Source: Deltaproteobacteria bacterium
GTDB taxonomy: Bacteria > Desulfobacterota_D > UBA1144 > Nemesobacterales > CSP1-2
Length of the DNA stretch: 64,000 bases
Assembly (NCBI GenBank): GCA_016187835.1
Contig: JACPIY010000079.1
Location: 394-64,393 of the forward strand
Direction of reading: 5' to 3'
Shown here in pieces: positions 41,029 through 51,856 of this stretch (positions are counted from its first letter, which is position 1; every line of letters begins with the position of its first letter). The notes beneath the pieces were generated by a model, which had not been told where the DNA came from, made no database searches, and worked only from the letters and a program-made list of their open reading frames with translations. Made by a program: the position numbers and the translations under genes.

Positions 41029-41170
41029 GCAAAAAAACAGATTTTAAAGAAGTTTCAATAACCGGTTTTAACGAAGAATGGAATAGAACAAAACAGTCTA
41101 GGAAAAACAACTTCAAAATGTTGGCCCCCCTTCCGGTGTTAAAATTCAGGCAGCACTAGTTTCTGAGGTT

Positions 41171-41362
41171 TTAGTTTCTTCCAGCCTTTTCTACAAAACG
41201 CTTTTTTGAGGTAAATAATCTTTTTTCCTTTCTTTCACTTGGCTTTTCATAGAACTCTCTCTTTCTTACTTCGGAGAAAACTCCTCCTTTTTCCACCTGC
41301 TTCTTGAATCTCTTAAGCGCGCTGTCAATACTCTCATTGTATCCAACTACAATTCCCGGCAG
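41171..41362 (-). CDS. rpsU: 30S ribosomal protein S21 with a CTG start (absent from the ORF track)
   Basis: GGAGGG-6 nt-CTG; (M)[42 protein letters not shown]...; canonical position before dnaG-rpoD. Confidence 0.93.
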   Translation of the reverse strand: MPGIVVGYNESIDSALKRFKKQVEKGGVFSEVRKREFYEKPSERKEKRLFTSKKRFVEKAGRN

Positions 41363-41736
41363 TTATAACCCTCCAAGAGCTTGGAAAGATTTGTCTTACA
41401 CCCTAAAGTATTAGAATTGTCTTGTCAAGTACAGCTAAGAACTGTACTTTTTAATATTTTAACAAAGACCTTTGTTCACGTAAAATGGAACCCAAACACA
41501 ATTTTAATTTTTTACAGCCGTATTTTTATATCAAATCATTGACGTTAAATCAATAGTACTTTAGTGGTATCCAGTACTAGTACTAGATTTATAAAAACTG
41601 AACGTTTCAATTGGGAAAGTAGCCTCTGGGGTAGTGTATATTGCGCGTATCTTAGATGACACTGGAAGGGCAAAGCTAAAAACCATTTTATGAGCTAAAC
41701 AAAAAGAATTGAGCATTCGATAAACTGCTACTCTTT

Positions 41737-41910
41737 TTACTCCTTTCTAGGAAAAACTCCAACCATTTTCCGGTTTCTTAAGATCTCCTCTTCTTCTTTT
41801 TCTCTATCAACACTAGAGTAATCGTCTGGTTCATCTTTATCCTGACGGTGTTCTTCAAACCTTGCCATCCAAGAATCCTTTTTTTTTCTTATATCATCAA
41901 TAAGGCCCAT
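41737..41910 (-). CDS. Small charged hypothetical protein (57 aa, absent from the ORF track)
   Basis: AAGGAGG-6 nt-ATG; MGLIDDIRKKKDSWMARFEEHRQDKDEPDDYSSVDREKEEEEILRNRKMVGVFPRKE. Confidence 0.6.
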   Translation of the reverse strand: MGLIDDIRKKKDSWMARFEEHRQDKDEPDDYSSVDREKEEEEILRNRKMVGVFPRKE

Positions 41911-41971
41911 TCTCAGCCTCCTTAATAACTATAATATTAAAAAATACTCTTATGTTTTTCCAAAACAGTTC

Positions 41972-43279
41972 TCAGTTCACTGCTCTAGAGGCGGGTATTA
42001 TATCAACTTCTTCTTTTATTTTAGGTATCATATCAGAGAGTACAATAAGTGTATCAGGATAGGGGTGACAGATTCCTACAGCATGTCCTTTCTCCTTCGA
42101 GATGCTTATAAGTTTTTCAATTTGAGACCTTATGTAATTTACACCCTGTGAACCTTGGTCAAGAAAAACGTCTCTTTGTGCAGTTTTTATCTTCAATTTC
42201 TTTGCTATCTCATATCCGGTTGTATTTTTAGAGGTTTTACTGTCAATAAAAAAGAGCCCCTCGTTTTGTATCCTCTCAAGAACCAAGCCCATAAGTTCAC
42301 TATTCTCCATAAATTTCGACCCCATATGGTTATTCACACCTTTTATGTGAGGAACGGAAGCCAGATTCCTTTCAAGTTTGGCTAAAATCTCTTTTTTCGA
42401 TAAGCCCACAAGAAGCACACCATCCCCGGCATCAACACCAGAATAGCCAGAGGAATCATTGGGTTCCATAGGGAGATGAAGTATAACATCCCATCCCTTT
42501 CTATGAGCCATCTCAGCGGCATATCGAGAATACGGAAGATTGGGTAGGACAGCAAAGTTAAGTGGGGCAGGCAACTTAATAAGCTCATCAATAGGCTCTC
42601 TATTTAACCCCAAGTCATCAACAATGATAACCACTTTAGGCCTTTCTTCTCTGAATATTTTCGTTTCAGGTTTTCTAATACTTGTTTCTTGTTGTATTAT
42701 TTTTGCTTGTTCTATTGAAGAAGTAGAAACTTTTTCCTCCTTAACCGTTTCCTTGGATTCTTTGGCTGGTACTTTAGCATAGAAAACTAATCGGAGTTTA
42801 TGCGTTGGAATATCATGGATTTCTATTTCTGATATAAGAGAACCGTCGCTCTTTTTGAATCTCTGATGAACATAAGGCTCGGAAAGAGATTTTGTAAGAG
42901 TTTCTTGAACTTTCTTCTTGGTAATACCCTCAGGAATATCAATTCTAATATCTTTAAATTCCCAGGTAATTCCGCGTTCGTGTATTTTCGAAACATTCTG
43001 AGATCTAACCTCTTTTATAGAAACATCCAGATTAAATAGCGCATACGCAACACGTCTATCAACGTCCTCTACAAGCTCAGCAAGATCCAAAGAAGAAAAA
43101 CGTTTTTCAGGAACTTCTTGGTAAAGCTTTTTTTTAATATAAGAGAGACCATATAGGCTAAGTACAACAAATATAATAAAACCCAGAGTAAAAATAAAAA
43201 CTCTGCCCCCACTTGTTCCCTTCGCTCTATATCTCTTTCTTGTTTTTATTCTAGCATATGTTCTTAGCCTTCTACTCAA
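41972..43279 (-). CDS. Divergent polysaccharide deacetylase (YibQ-like)
   Basis: IIVDDLG, LHLPMEP, GVNNHMGS, FIDSKT, RDVFLD, GICHP. Confidence 0.92.
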   Translation of the reverse strand: MSRRLRTYARIKTRKRYRAKGTSGGRVFIFTLGFIIFVVLSLYGLSYIKKKLYQEVPEKRFSSLDLAELVEDVDRRVAYALFNLDVSIKEVRSQNVSKIHERGITWEFKDIRIDIPEGITKKKVQETLTKSLSEPYVHQRFKKSDGSLISEIEIHDIPTHKLRLVFYAKVPAKESKETVKEEKVSTSSIEQAKIIQQETSIRKPETKIFREERPKVVIIVDDLGLNREPIDELIKLPAPLNFAVLPNLPYSRYAAEMAHRKGWDVILHLPMEPNDSSGYSGVDAGDGVLLVGLSKKEILAKLERNLASVPHIKGVNNHMGSKFMENSELMGLVLERIQNEGLFFIDSKTSKNTTGYEIAKKLKIKTAQRDVFLDQGSQGVNYIRSQIEKLISISKEKGHAVGICHPYPDTLIVLSDMIPKIKEEVDIIPASRAVN

Positions 43280-43294
43280 AAAGAAAAGTCTCCT

Positions 43295-44446
43295 CTAGCC
43301 TTTTGGGAAAGCCTCGGTGAGTTTGTAAGCTTTAATGACCTCTAACGCTCTCTCAAGCTGTATATCCCTATCCTTGTCATTTTCAACAATTATATCCGGC
43401 ATTACACCAACTTCATTAATAGACCTTCCGCTCGGAGCATAAAATTTAGCCGTAGTAAGCTTAAGACCAGATCCGTTTTCTAACCTTATTATGGTCTGAA
43501 CCGACCCTTTACCGAATGTTTTTGTGCCAAGAATAGGTGCCCTTTGACTGTCTTGAAGTGCCTCTGCAACAACTTCAGAAGCACTGGCACTTCCCTTATT
43601 AACGATCACTATAAGGGGATAGTTCTGTAATTTTCCATTTTTTGTAGCGTAGTATTCAGTAGGTTGTGTCCCTGATTTTCCCCTAACGCTAACTATAAGT
43701 CCCCTATCCATAAATTCATCCGCTACCTCCACGGCTTGGGTAAGCAAACCACCTGGGTTATTTCTTAAATCAAGAACAATCCCTTTGAGTTTTCCTCCGT
43801 TTGCAGCTTCCAGTTTTAGTAGGGCGTCCCTTAACTCCTCCGATGTTTTTTCTTGAAACTGAGATAGCTGTATGTATCCAATATGATTATCTACTAATTT
43901 GGATTTAACGCTTTCTACACGGATAATGTCTCTAATTAAAGTTACCTGTCTGGGATTCTCAGTTCCTTTACTTTTTACAGTAACTCTTACGGAACTTCCC
44001 TTAAGACCACGAAGCAGAATTACAGCTTCGTACACAGTCATTCCTCGAGTTGATTTTCCATCAATTGCAATTATCTGATCTTCTGGTTTAATACCCGCCT
44101 TTGCAGCAGGTGTACCATCAATAGGAGTTATCACCGTAAGTACGTCGTTTTCAAGTGTAATCTCCATTCCCACACCCCCGAACTCGCCTGTAGTTCCTAT
44201 CTCAATCTCTTTGTATCGTTCAGGCGTAAGATATACCGAATAGGGATCAAGCGTCTTTAACATTCCTTCTATTGCGCCAGTAGTAAGCTTTCCGGGATTA
44301 ACTTCTTCGACGTAATTTCTTTCGATTAAATCCAGCACTCTTGTAAAATCAGAAAGCCCTTTATATGCGGACTCATCCTGAGCTAAAGTATTTACCGTGG
44401 AAATGACAAGAAATAGAGGCAAAAGAATTATGGAAAACCTTTTCAT
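43295..44446 (-). CDS. S41 carboxyl-terminal processing protease (CtpA-like)
   Basis: LDPYS, PDZ, DLRNNPGGLL, SASASE, TFGKGSVQ; start re-assigned to MKRFS. Confidence 0.93.
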   Translation of the reverse strand: MKRFSIILLPLFLVISTVNTLAQDESAYKGLSDFTRVLDLIERNYVEEVNPGKLTTGAIEGMLKTLDPYSVYLTPERYKEIEIGTTGEFGGVGMEITLENDVLTVITPIDGTPAAKAGIKPEDQIIAIDGKSTRGMTVYEAVILLRGLKGSSVRVTVKSKGTENPRQVTLIRDIIRVESVKSKLVDNHIGYIQLSQFQEKTSEELRDALLKLEAANGGKLKGIVLDLRNNPGGLLTQAVEVADEFMDRGLIVSVRGKSGTQPTEYYATKNGKLQNYPLIVIVNKGSASASEVVAEALQDSQRAPILGTKTFGKGSVQTIIRLENGSGLKLTTAKFYAPSGRSINEVGVMPDIIVENDKDRDIQLERALEVIKAYKLTEAFPKG

Positions 44447-44559
44447 ATTACCCCCCACTTTAAAGTAATGGTTAACGTTAAAAAACCCAATATTCCTATA
44501 AATACTACTCAAAGTAGTTTAAAGATAATTTTAAACCTTTTGTAATTCTAATTATAACA

Positions 44560-45561
44560 CTATAATCCTACTGACTTTCTATTGGAATTAAATTCCAGAA
44601 GTTCGTGCACCGCTTGGACTATGTTTTTAGCCTTAAGGCCAAAGTATTCTAGAAGCTTCATTCCATCGCCCGATGTTCCAAATCTGTCTTTCATACCTAT
44701 TCTTTTCATCGGTGTGGGACAGTACTCTCCAAGAACCTCGGCAACGGCTCCTCCCAACCCTCCGATTATGCTATGATCCTCTGCCGTAACTACAGCCCCG
44801 GTCAGTCTCGCAATTTCAACTATCGTTTGGACATCAATAGGTTTCACAGTAGAGACATTAACCACACTGGCACTGATTCCCTCTTTCTCCAGAATCTTTG
44901 CCGCCTGAAGTGACTCGTATACCATAATGCCTAAAGCGAAAATCCCCACATGTTTCCCTTCTCTGAGAACAGGAGCCTTTCCAACTTCAAATCCATAAGA
45001 TTTCTTAAAAATTGTTGGAAACTTAGGTCTTGCAAGACGCACGTAGGTCGGCCCTTTGTGTTCTATAATCGTTTTTATCACTTTTTCGGTTTCCACGGAG
45101 TCAGCAGGAACTATCACGGTCATATTAGGAAGAACCCGCATGAGAGCAATATCTTCTAGCGCCTGATGTGTAGCTCCATCTTCTCCTACCGTAACGCCAG
45201 CATGAGTTGAGACTATTTTTACATTGAGCTTTGGAAATGCAATTGACTGCCTGATATGTTCCCACGCACGCCCCGTAGCAAAGACGGCAAATGTACTTGC
45301 GAAAGGGATTTTCCCATAAAGGGCAAAACCCGCAGCTGTTGCCATCATATCCTGCTCAGAAACACCCATTGAAAAGAATCTATGTGGAAACTCTTTCCCA
45401 AAAAGATTAGTCTTGGTTGAAACCGTAAGGTCAGCATCGAGAACAACCAAATCAGGATACTTACTTCCCAGTTCCACAAGGGTTTTTCCATAAACCTCTC
45501 TTATATAAACATGTTCAGTGACCTCATCCAATACGAAGTCGCTGACTTTCGATCTACTCAT
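44560..45561 (-). CDS. Transketolase, C-terminal subunit
   Basis: DADL..ST.T, G.SEQ, GEDGATHQ, EDHS..GGLG. Confidence 0.93.
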   Translation of the reverse strand: MSRSKVSDFVLDEVTEHVYIREVYGKTLVELGSKYPDLVVLDADLTVSTKTNLFGKEFPHRFFSMGVSEQDMMATAAGFALYGKIPFASTFAVFATGRAWEHIRQSIAFPKLNVKIVSTHAGVTVGEDGATHQALEDIALMRVLPNMTVIVPADSVETEKVIKTIIEHKGPTYVRLARPKFPTIFKKSYGFEVGKAPVLREGKHVGIFALGIMVYESLQAAKILEKEGISASVVNVSTVKPIDVQTIVEIARLTGAVVTAEDHSIIGGLGGAVAEVLGEYCPTPMKRIGMKDRFGTSGDGMKLLEYFGLKAKNIVQAVHELLEFNSNRKSVGL

Positions 45562-46394
45562 GCCGCTTCTCCTAATTCATTTAATGCTATTTCAAGCTCG
45601 TCATCGGTGGGTGCGACACCATGATATTTACCCTGGTTTTCAAATATAGAAACCCCTTTTCCTTTAATCGTATTTGCAATTATTACAAAAGGTTTTCCCT
45701 TTGTTCGCCTTGCCCTGTCAAATGCCCCAAGAAGACTGGAAAAGTCGTGTCCGTCAGGGAGGACTTCCACCTCCCAGCCAAAGGCAAGCCACTTATCAGC
45801 AACCGGCTCTATATCTTTAATCTTATCCATAGCACCGTCATTCTGAAACCTGTTTCTATCAACAATTGCACAAAGGTTATCTAATTTTCTATAAGCCGAT
45901 GTCGTAATCGCCTCCCATGTCGCCCCTTCTTGCAGTTCACCGTCGCTTAGGAGAGCATAGACCCTTATATTTTTCCCATCCATTTTGGCCGCAAGAGCTA
46001 TTCCGTTTGAAGCAGAAAGCCCATGTCCCAAGGAACCCGTTGTTGCTTCAATTCCAATATCTAGGTCGTATTCCGGATGTCCTTGAAGTCGGCTTCCCGG
46101 TTTTCTCAGAGTCATAAGGTCTTCACGGGGAAAATAGCCCGCATTAGCAAGCACACTGTAGAGCGCGGGAACACCATGCCCTTTTGATAAAATAAACCTG
46201 TCTCTATCCTCCCAGCGAGGATGTGTTGGGTCATGTCTAAGTTCAGAAAAATACAAAGTTACAAGAATCTCAACTGAAGAAAGCGAACCGCCTGTATGAC
46301 CGGATTTTGCATGATGAAGTGCTCTTAGAAGATCTATTCGTACATTTCTTGCTACTTCTTTTAGCACACTAATTTCTTTTGTTTTTTCAAACAT
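45558..46394 (-). CDS. Transketolase, N-terminal (ThDP-binding) subunit
   Basis: SGH.GGSLS, SKGH, LQGHP, GSLG.G, DGELQEG..WEA. Confidence 0.93.
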   Translation of the reverse strand: MFEKTKEISVLKEVARNVRIDLLRALHHAKSGHTGGSLSSVEILVTLYFSELRHDPTHPRWEDRDRFILSKGHGVPALYSVLANAGYFPREDLMTLRKPGSRLQGHPEYDLDIGIEATTGSLGHGLSASNGIALAAKMDGKNIRVYALLSDGELQEGATWEAITTSAYRKLDNLCAIVDRNRFQNDGAMDKIKDIEPVADKWLAFGWEVEVLPDGHDFSSLLGAFDRARRTKGKPFVIIANTIKGKGVSIFENQGKYHGVAPTDDELEIALNELGEAA

Positions 46395-46586
46395 TTTTTA
46401 TCGCTTTATTCTTGAATAAACTCATACTTGAAAGTCACTATAATATAATCTTACACGCCAAGTTGTCAAACAGACTAAGATGAAATCATAGGTCTTATAA
46501 ATTAATCCCACAAGCATCTATTACGCTTCTTGAACTCACTTTTAAAATCAGCTACTTTATTAACCTTAAAGAGAAGAAAGGCTGAA

Positions 46587-46826
46587 ATGAAAAAAACAAT
46601 TACAGGCATTTTTGAAAGGTTCTTTGGAAGTTATGGAGAGATTTGTATTCAGTTCTCAAAAAACCGGTTTATTCTTTTTAGAGTTTTGCTTATCCCCGTC
46701 TTAGTATTTATATATGCACTCACTTTTCTTGTCATTTTAACCGTAGTTTTGATTGTGTTAGTTATTGTATTGCCAATTTCAATGATTTCTGAATTAAAAA
46801 CCTTTAGCTTTTTCGGTAGGCAGTAG
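46587..46826 (+). CDS. Small hydrophobic membrane protein
   Basis: ATG 46587; long hydrophobic stretch. Confidence 0.45.
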   Translation: MKKTITGIFERFFGSYGEICIQFSKNRFILFRVLLIPVLVFIYALTFLVILTVVLIVLVIVLPISMISELKTFSFFGRQ

Positions 46827-46900
46827 ATAGTGAGCTGGAATTCTGGAAAACTTCCTACTAGTATTTTTAACGAATCCATAGTGTTATAATTACATAAACT

Positions 46901-47650
46901 ATGAAAGGGAAACTGGAATCGCTTCTCAATAATAACAACCTTCCGAGACACATAGTAATCATAATGGATGGAAACGGAAGATGGGCAAGGAGAAAGGAGC
47001 TTGACCGAATAAGCGGCCATAGAGAAGGAATGAGATCCGTTAAGTCAGTGGTAAAAGCCGCAAAGGAATTAGGAATAAAAGCAGTTACGCTTTATGCCTT
47101 TTCCGCGCAGAACTGGAGAAGACCAAAGGATGAGGTAGATGCCCTTATGGAACTCCTAAAGCAGTATCTTATCAAAGAGGCCAACACGCTAGTTGAAAAG
47201 GGAATCAAGCTAAACGCAATTGGAAGACTCTGGGAACTTCCCCCCGATGTCTACCAAGTACTCATAGAAACGACTGAAAAAACCGTGGACTGCAGGGAAA
47301 TGACTCTTACACTCGCTCTCAGCTACGGCGGAAGGGAAGAGATAGTTGACGCTATAAAAAAAATAATTTCAAGCGATATCTCAATAGAAGAGTTAAACGA
47401 AGAGAACTTCTCCAAGTTTCTCTATACCGCAGACCTTTTAGAGCCCGATCTTCTTATTCGGACAAGCGGTGAGATGAGGCTTTCTAATTTTCTTCTCTGG
47501 CAGCTTGCGTACACAGAAATTTATGTCACGAAGACCCTGTGGCCCGATTTTAGAAAAAGGCACCTTATAAAGGCAATTCTTAATTACCAAAACCGAGAGA
47601 GGAGATTCGGACTTACGAGTGATCAAATAAGAAAAAGGAAAGTGCAGTGA
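46901..47650 (+). CDS. uppS: Undecaprenyl diphosphate synthase
   Basis: IMDGNGRWA, YAFS..NW.RP, SYGGR.EI, IRTSGE.RLSNFLLWQ. Confidence 0.96.
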   Translation: MKGKLESLLNNNNLPRHIVIIMDGNGRWARRKELDRISGHREGMRSVKSVVKAAKELGIKAVTLYAFSAQNWRRPKDEVDALMELLKQYLIKEANTLVEKGIKLNAIGRLWELPPDVYQVLIETTEKTVDCREMTLTLALSYGGREEIVDAIKKIISSDISIEELNEENFSKFLYTADLLEPDLLIRTSGEMRLSNFLLWQLAYTEIYVTKTLWPDFRKRHLIKAILNYQNRERRFGLTSDQIRKRKVQ

Positions 47651-48846
47651 AAAACATTTCGATTCTTGGTTCGACAGGTTCAATAGGGTGCCAGACACTT
47701 GAAGTTATATCTCGATTTCCCCATAGATTTTGTATAAAAGGACTTGCCGCAGGGAAAAACATCAATCTTCTTAAAGAACAGATTTCAAAATTTAGCCCTA
47801 AGATAGTGTCCGTTCAGGAAGAAAAAGATGCGTATATGCTCTCAAAGGAATTGCCTCCGGGGTCAGTTGAGATTTTATGGGGGGAGAATGGTGCAGGCGC
47901 TGTTGCTTCTTACGCCGAAGCGGACTTGGTCGTTTCCTCAATGGTTGGAGCATCGGGGTTAAAACCAACCTTATCAGCAATAAAAGCTGGGAAAAATATA
48001 GCTCTTGCGAATAAAGAAGCCCTCGTAATGGCAGGCAGTATTCTAATAAAAGAATCTCAAATATACGAAATCAAACTAATTCCTGTTGACAGCGAACATA
48101 GTGCACTGTTTCAGGCTCTAAACTGCGGCGAGAAAGAGTTTGTAAAGAGGCTTATTTTGACCGCTTCAGGAGGTCCGTTTCTAAAAGTTCCTAAGGAGAA
48201 AATGGGTGATGTCACCGTAGAGGTTGCATTAAATCATCCCACATGGAAAATGGGAAAGAAAATAACAATAGACTCAGCTACTCTCATGAATAAGGGATTC
48301 GAGGTAATCGAAGCAAGGTGGCTCTTTGGAATTCCGCCAGAAAGCATCTCCGTGTGGATTCATCCGCAGAGCATAGTCCACTCAATGGTAGAATACGTTG
48401 ATGGTTCGATTATCGCGCAGATGAGCATTCCGGATATGAAAATTCCCATTGCTTTTGCGCTATCTTATCCCGAGAGAATCCCTATGGATAGAGACGAGGT
48501 TTTCCCGGTAACCTTTAGCGAACTCACTTTTGAGGAGGCTGATTTTGAGAAGTTTCCTGCACTTTGCCTTGCCTACAGAGCACTTGAAGAAGGCGGAACG
48601 ATGCCAGCCGTAATGAATGCTGCAAATGAAATAGCGGTTGCCGCTTTTCTTCAGGGGAGGTTAAAATTCATAGAAATTGTGAAAGTGGTTATGCAGACGA
48701 TGGAAATTCATAAAACCCTTCCGGGGGATACTATTGAGCAGATTCTTGAAAGTGATTCCTGGGCAAGAAAAACCGCAGAGTCATTAACAAGGAAAGGTAT
48801 CGAACACCGAATTAACGTAAGAGACGGGGTTTCAGGTGTTAGGTGA
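47647..48846 (+). CDS. dxr: 1-deoxy-D-xylulose 5-phosphate reductoisomerase
   Basis: LGSTGSIG, LANKE, PVDSEH, TASGGPF, HPTW.MG.KITIDSAT, NAANE. Confidence 0.97.
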   Translation: MKNISILGSTGSIGCQTLEVISRFPHRFCIKGLAAGKNINLLKEQISKFSPKIVSVQEEKDAYMLSKELPPGSVEILWGENGAGAVASYAEADLVVSSMVGASGLKPTLSAIKAGKNIALANKEALVMAGSILIKESQIYEIKLIPVDSEHSALFQALNCGEKEFVKRLILTASGGPFLKVPKEKMGDVTVEVALNHPTWKMGKKITIDSATLMNKGFEVIEARWLFGIPPESISVWIHPQSIVHSMVEYVDGSIIAQMSIPDMKIPIAFALSYPERIPMDRDEVFPVTFSELTFEEADFEKFPALCLAYRALEEGGTMPAVMNAANEIAVAAFLQGRLKFIEIVKVVMQTMEIHKTLPGDTIEQILESDSWARKTAESLTRKGIEHRINVRDGVSGVR

Positions 48847-48929
48847 CAATTACTTGTCAATAAATAACAAACAAGACTTAAGCAACCCATTTGTTTTGTT
48901 TAAATAATTTGCATGGGAGAGAAATAACA

Positions 48930-50528
48930 ATGTACACAATTTTAGCTTTTCTCTTTGTGATAGGAATCTTAGTATTTATACATGAACTTGGACATTTCCT
49001 CATAGCAAAATGGTGCGGAGTAAGGGTGGAGAAATTCTCTCTGGGATTTGGAAAGAAAATCTTTGGATTTAAAAGCGGAGAGACCGAGTATCTAGTTTCC
49101 ATGCTTCCTCTGGGTGGTTATGTAAAAATGTACGGTGAAGGTGGAGAGGGAAATCTTATCGTGGATCATGTAGAAACTGGCTCAAAAGCCGAGAAAGCCG
49201 GATTTAAATCAGGGGATAAAATAACCGGCATCTATGGAATAGATCTTGTCTCTTTTTCAAGATGGAGCGAGCTGGAATACAGTTTAAGAAAAGTTCCTGA
49301 AAGAGAGTATGTATTTTCTATAGAAAGGGATGAAAAAAAACTAACTCTTAAATCCAAATTAGAAAACTTAGATGGAATAAAAGCGTTCTCAGAAAAAGAG
49401 TATGGTAGGAGTTTTTCTAATCAGTCTATATTAGAAAGATTAGGCATTGTTATTGCTGGTCCCTTTATGAATTTCCTACTTCCATTTCTCTTTTTCCCCA
49501 TAATTTTCATGCTTGGCATTGGTGTTTCAGCTTACCTAGAACAAACCCCTGTTATCGGTTATGTTGAGCCAAGCTCTCCAGCAAGCGAGGGAGGATTCAA
49601 GAAAGGAGATACAATCCTCCAAATAGATGGCAAAGATGTAAGAACCTGGAGGGACGCAAATATAGCTTTTCAATCAAATCCAGATGCCATCTTAAATGTA
49701 AAAGCTAAAAGAAACGGAGAGATAAAAACGTTTCAAGTTAAAGCAGCTTCCTCTCCGGAAGGAATTGTAGCTGTAGGTATCGCGGAACATCTTGATGCCA
49801 AGGTCGGAAGCGTAATGGTCGGAACCCCTGCAGATAGGGCGAGACTTAAAAAGGGAGACCAAATACTTTCTGTAAACGATACTAAAATTTCAGACTGGTA
49901 CCAGATGGCATCCATTATTAGAGGGAAAGTCAATGAAGAGATCACACTTCTTGTCAAGAGAGGAGATAATCAAATTGAAACTAAAATCTCTCCAGAACCA
50001 CTACAGGAAACCGGACAGGGAGCGATTGGAATTACCCCATATAGAGAAGAGATAGTAAAGAAGTACGGTTTTTTTGAATCTATTTTTCAAGGAATAAAAG
50101 AAGCAGCCGAAATGATAGTCGAAGTTACGGTACTGCTTTTTTCATTCATCTACAAGCTTATCACCGGCAAAATAGCTCTCGGAACTGCGGGAAAAAGCAT
50201 TGCCGGACCTCTTCTTATTGCTCAGGTTTCAGGCACGGCAGCAGAAAGCGGACTCGCTTCGCTTCTTCAGTTCACCTGTTTCATCAGCATCAACCTTGCT
50301 CTCATTAATCTCTTCCCCATTCCAATGCTAGATGGCGGACACGTGCTTTACCTTACAATAGAATCAATAAAGAAACGCCCGCTCAGTCAAAGAACACTTG
50401 AAATCAGCCAGCGTATAGGCTTTACCTTCTTAATCTTCATAATGTTTCTTGCTATTTACAATGATATTTCGAGGCTTAAAGGTACGATTATTGAATCTGT
50501 AAGCCGATTGATTGATGTGTTTAATTAG
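48930..50528 (+). CDS. rseP: RIP metalloprotease RseP with three PDZ-like segments
   Basis: HELGH, PLGGYVKM, AGP..N, NLFPIPMLDGG. Confidence 0.94.
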   Translation: MYTILAFLFVIGILVFIHELGHFLIAKWCGVRVEKFSLGFGKKIFGFKSGETEYLVSMLPLGGYVKMYGEGGEGNLIVDHVETGSKAEKAGFKSGDKITGIYGIDLVSFSRWSELEYSLRKVPEREYVFSIERDEKKLTLKSKLENLDGIKAFSEKEYGRSFSNQSILERLGIVIAGPFMNFLLPFLFFPIIFMLGIGVSAYLEQTPVIGYVEPSSPASEGGFKKGDTILQIDGKDVRTWRDANIAFQSNPDAILNVKAKRNGEIKTFQVKAASSPEGIVAVGIAEHLDAKVGSVMVGTPADRARLKKGDQILSVNDTKISDWYQMASIIRGKVNEEITLLVKRGDNQIETKISPEPLQETGQGAIGITPYREEIVKKYGFFESIFQGIKEAAEMIVEVTVLLFSFIYKLITGKIALGTAGKSIAGPLLIAQVSGTAAESGLASLLQFTCFISINLALINLFPIPMLDGGHVLYLTIESIKKRPLSQRTLEISQRIGFTFLIFIMFLAIYNDISRLKGTIIESVSRLIDVFN

Positions 50529-50677
50529 CTGCCCAAACGTGGATTAAAGCATTATAATTAACGGATGATTAAGCGAGTAGACGCGTTTGTAAGGGAGTAT
50601 AGCAATAGTTCTCATCATAAGTTGACAAATTTTTGTGACTCGCCACTATTCCGAGCTTCTGTTAATTTCCTCCAAAA

Positions 50678-51580
50678 ATGAGAATCCTTCAACTTGGAAA
50701 AGACAACTGGGCGAGAACTCGTCCTACAAAAGAAGGCCTTACTTTTCTGATGCTTAGCTTGTTTGTAGGGTTTGCAGCCCTAAATACCGGGAATAATTTG
50801 CTCTATCTGACCTTTGGGATGATGCTTAGCTTCATCGCCGCTTCTGGAATCATATCCGTGATAAACCTTTCAAAGATTGAAGTAAAATTCGATCCCCCCG
50901 AAGACGTTTTTGCGTTAACTCCAGAACCGCTTAAGTTTTCTGTTAAAAACCTTAAAACCCTTATCCCATCCTACTCGCTGACAATTGATATAGAGGGGAA
51001 AAAAGCATTTCTTTCTCATCTTCCTCCTAAAGTTACAAAGACCACAGCAGTGGAATTTATTTTCAAACGCCGAGGATGGAACAAGGTTCCTGAGGCTGTA
51101 ATTTTCACAAGATTTCCTTTTGGTTTTTTTAAGAAATGGATAAGAGTTGACCTGGGCGATGAAGAAATTCTCGTCTATCCGAAGGTTGAAAAAATAGGCG
51201 TTGAAAAGGCCAAGTTCAAAGAGAGATTCGGCGAAATGGAATCGGACAGAAAAGGATTCGGTGACGATTTAAGGTCGCTTAGAATCTATAATGAAGGCGA
51301 TAATCCAAAACTCATCCACTGGAAAACTTCGGCTAAAATTGGAAAGCTAATGCTTCGAGAACTCCAGGATAATGAAACAAAAAGGGTTTTAATTCACTTC
51401 AACCCCACAAAAAGTGAAAGCGAGCTTGAACGTCAAATAACTCATACAGCTTCAACTATTTTAGAGCTACTAGAACGCAACTATGAAGTAGAGTTTATCG
51501 CTCCGGATAGGACGTTTTCTCCATCAGAAATTGACAGATTCCCAAGACCCGTTCTTAGATACCTTGCGCTTTTTACTTGA
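50678..51580 (+). CDS. DUF58 domain-containing membrane protein
   Basis: AA.NTGNNLLY, TRFPFG, LR.Y..GD....IHWK.SA. Confidence 0.88.
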   Translation: MRILQLGKDNWARTRPTKEGLTFLMLSLFVGFAALNTGNNLLYLTFGMMLSFIAASGIISVINLSKIEVKFDPPEDVFALTPEPLKFSVKNLKTLIPSYSLTIDIEGKKAFLSHLPPKVTKTTAVEFIFKRRGWNKVPEAVIFTRFPFGFFKKWIRVDLGDEEILVYPKVEKIGVEKAKFKERFGEMESDRKGFGDDLRSLRIYNEGDNPKLIHWKTSAKIGKLMLRELQDNETKRVLIHFNPTKSESELERQITHTASTILELLERNYEVEFIAPDRTFSPSEIDRFPRPVLRYLALFT

Positions 51581-51856
51581 TAAGTTGGTGAAGGCACTCG
51601 TCACATGCTCTGAGCTTTGCTCCAATAACATTGGCGGAGTAGAAGATAATAACGGGACTTTTGTGATAAAAAAACACCCCGATATGGCTTGGCATGAGCA
51701 TCCAACCGCCCCACAGCATTAAGGCGGCGGCAATGAAGACCATCCGGTCAAGTTTATTGCGAAGTCTCTTTTCATGCGGTTCTCCATGCTAAATGCTCAA
51801 CGGAGGAGTTCACATGCCGGTAGCCCAGAAAACATCTGACAAGATGGCCTGCCGTC

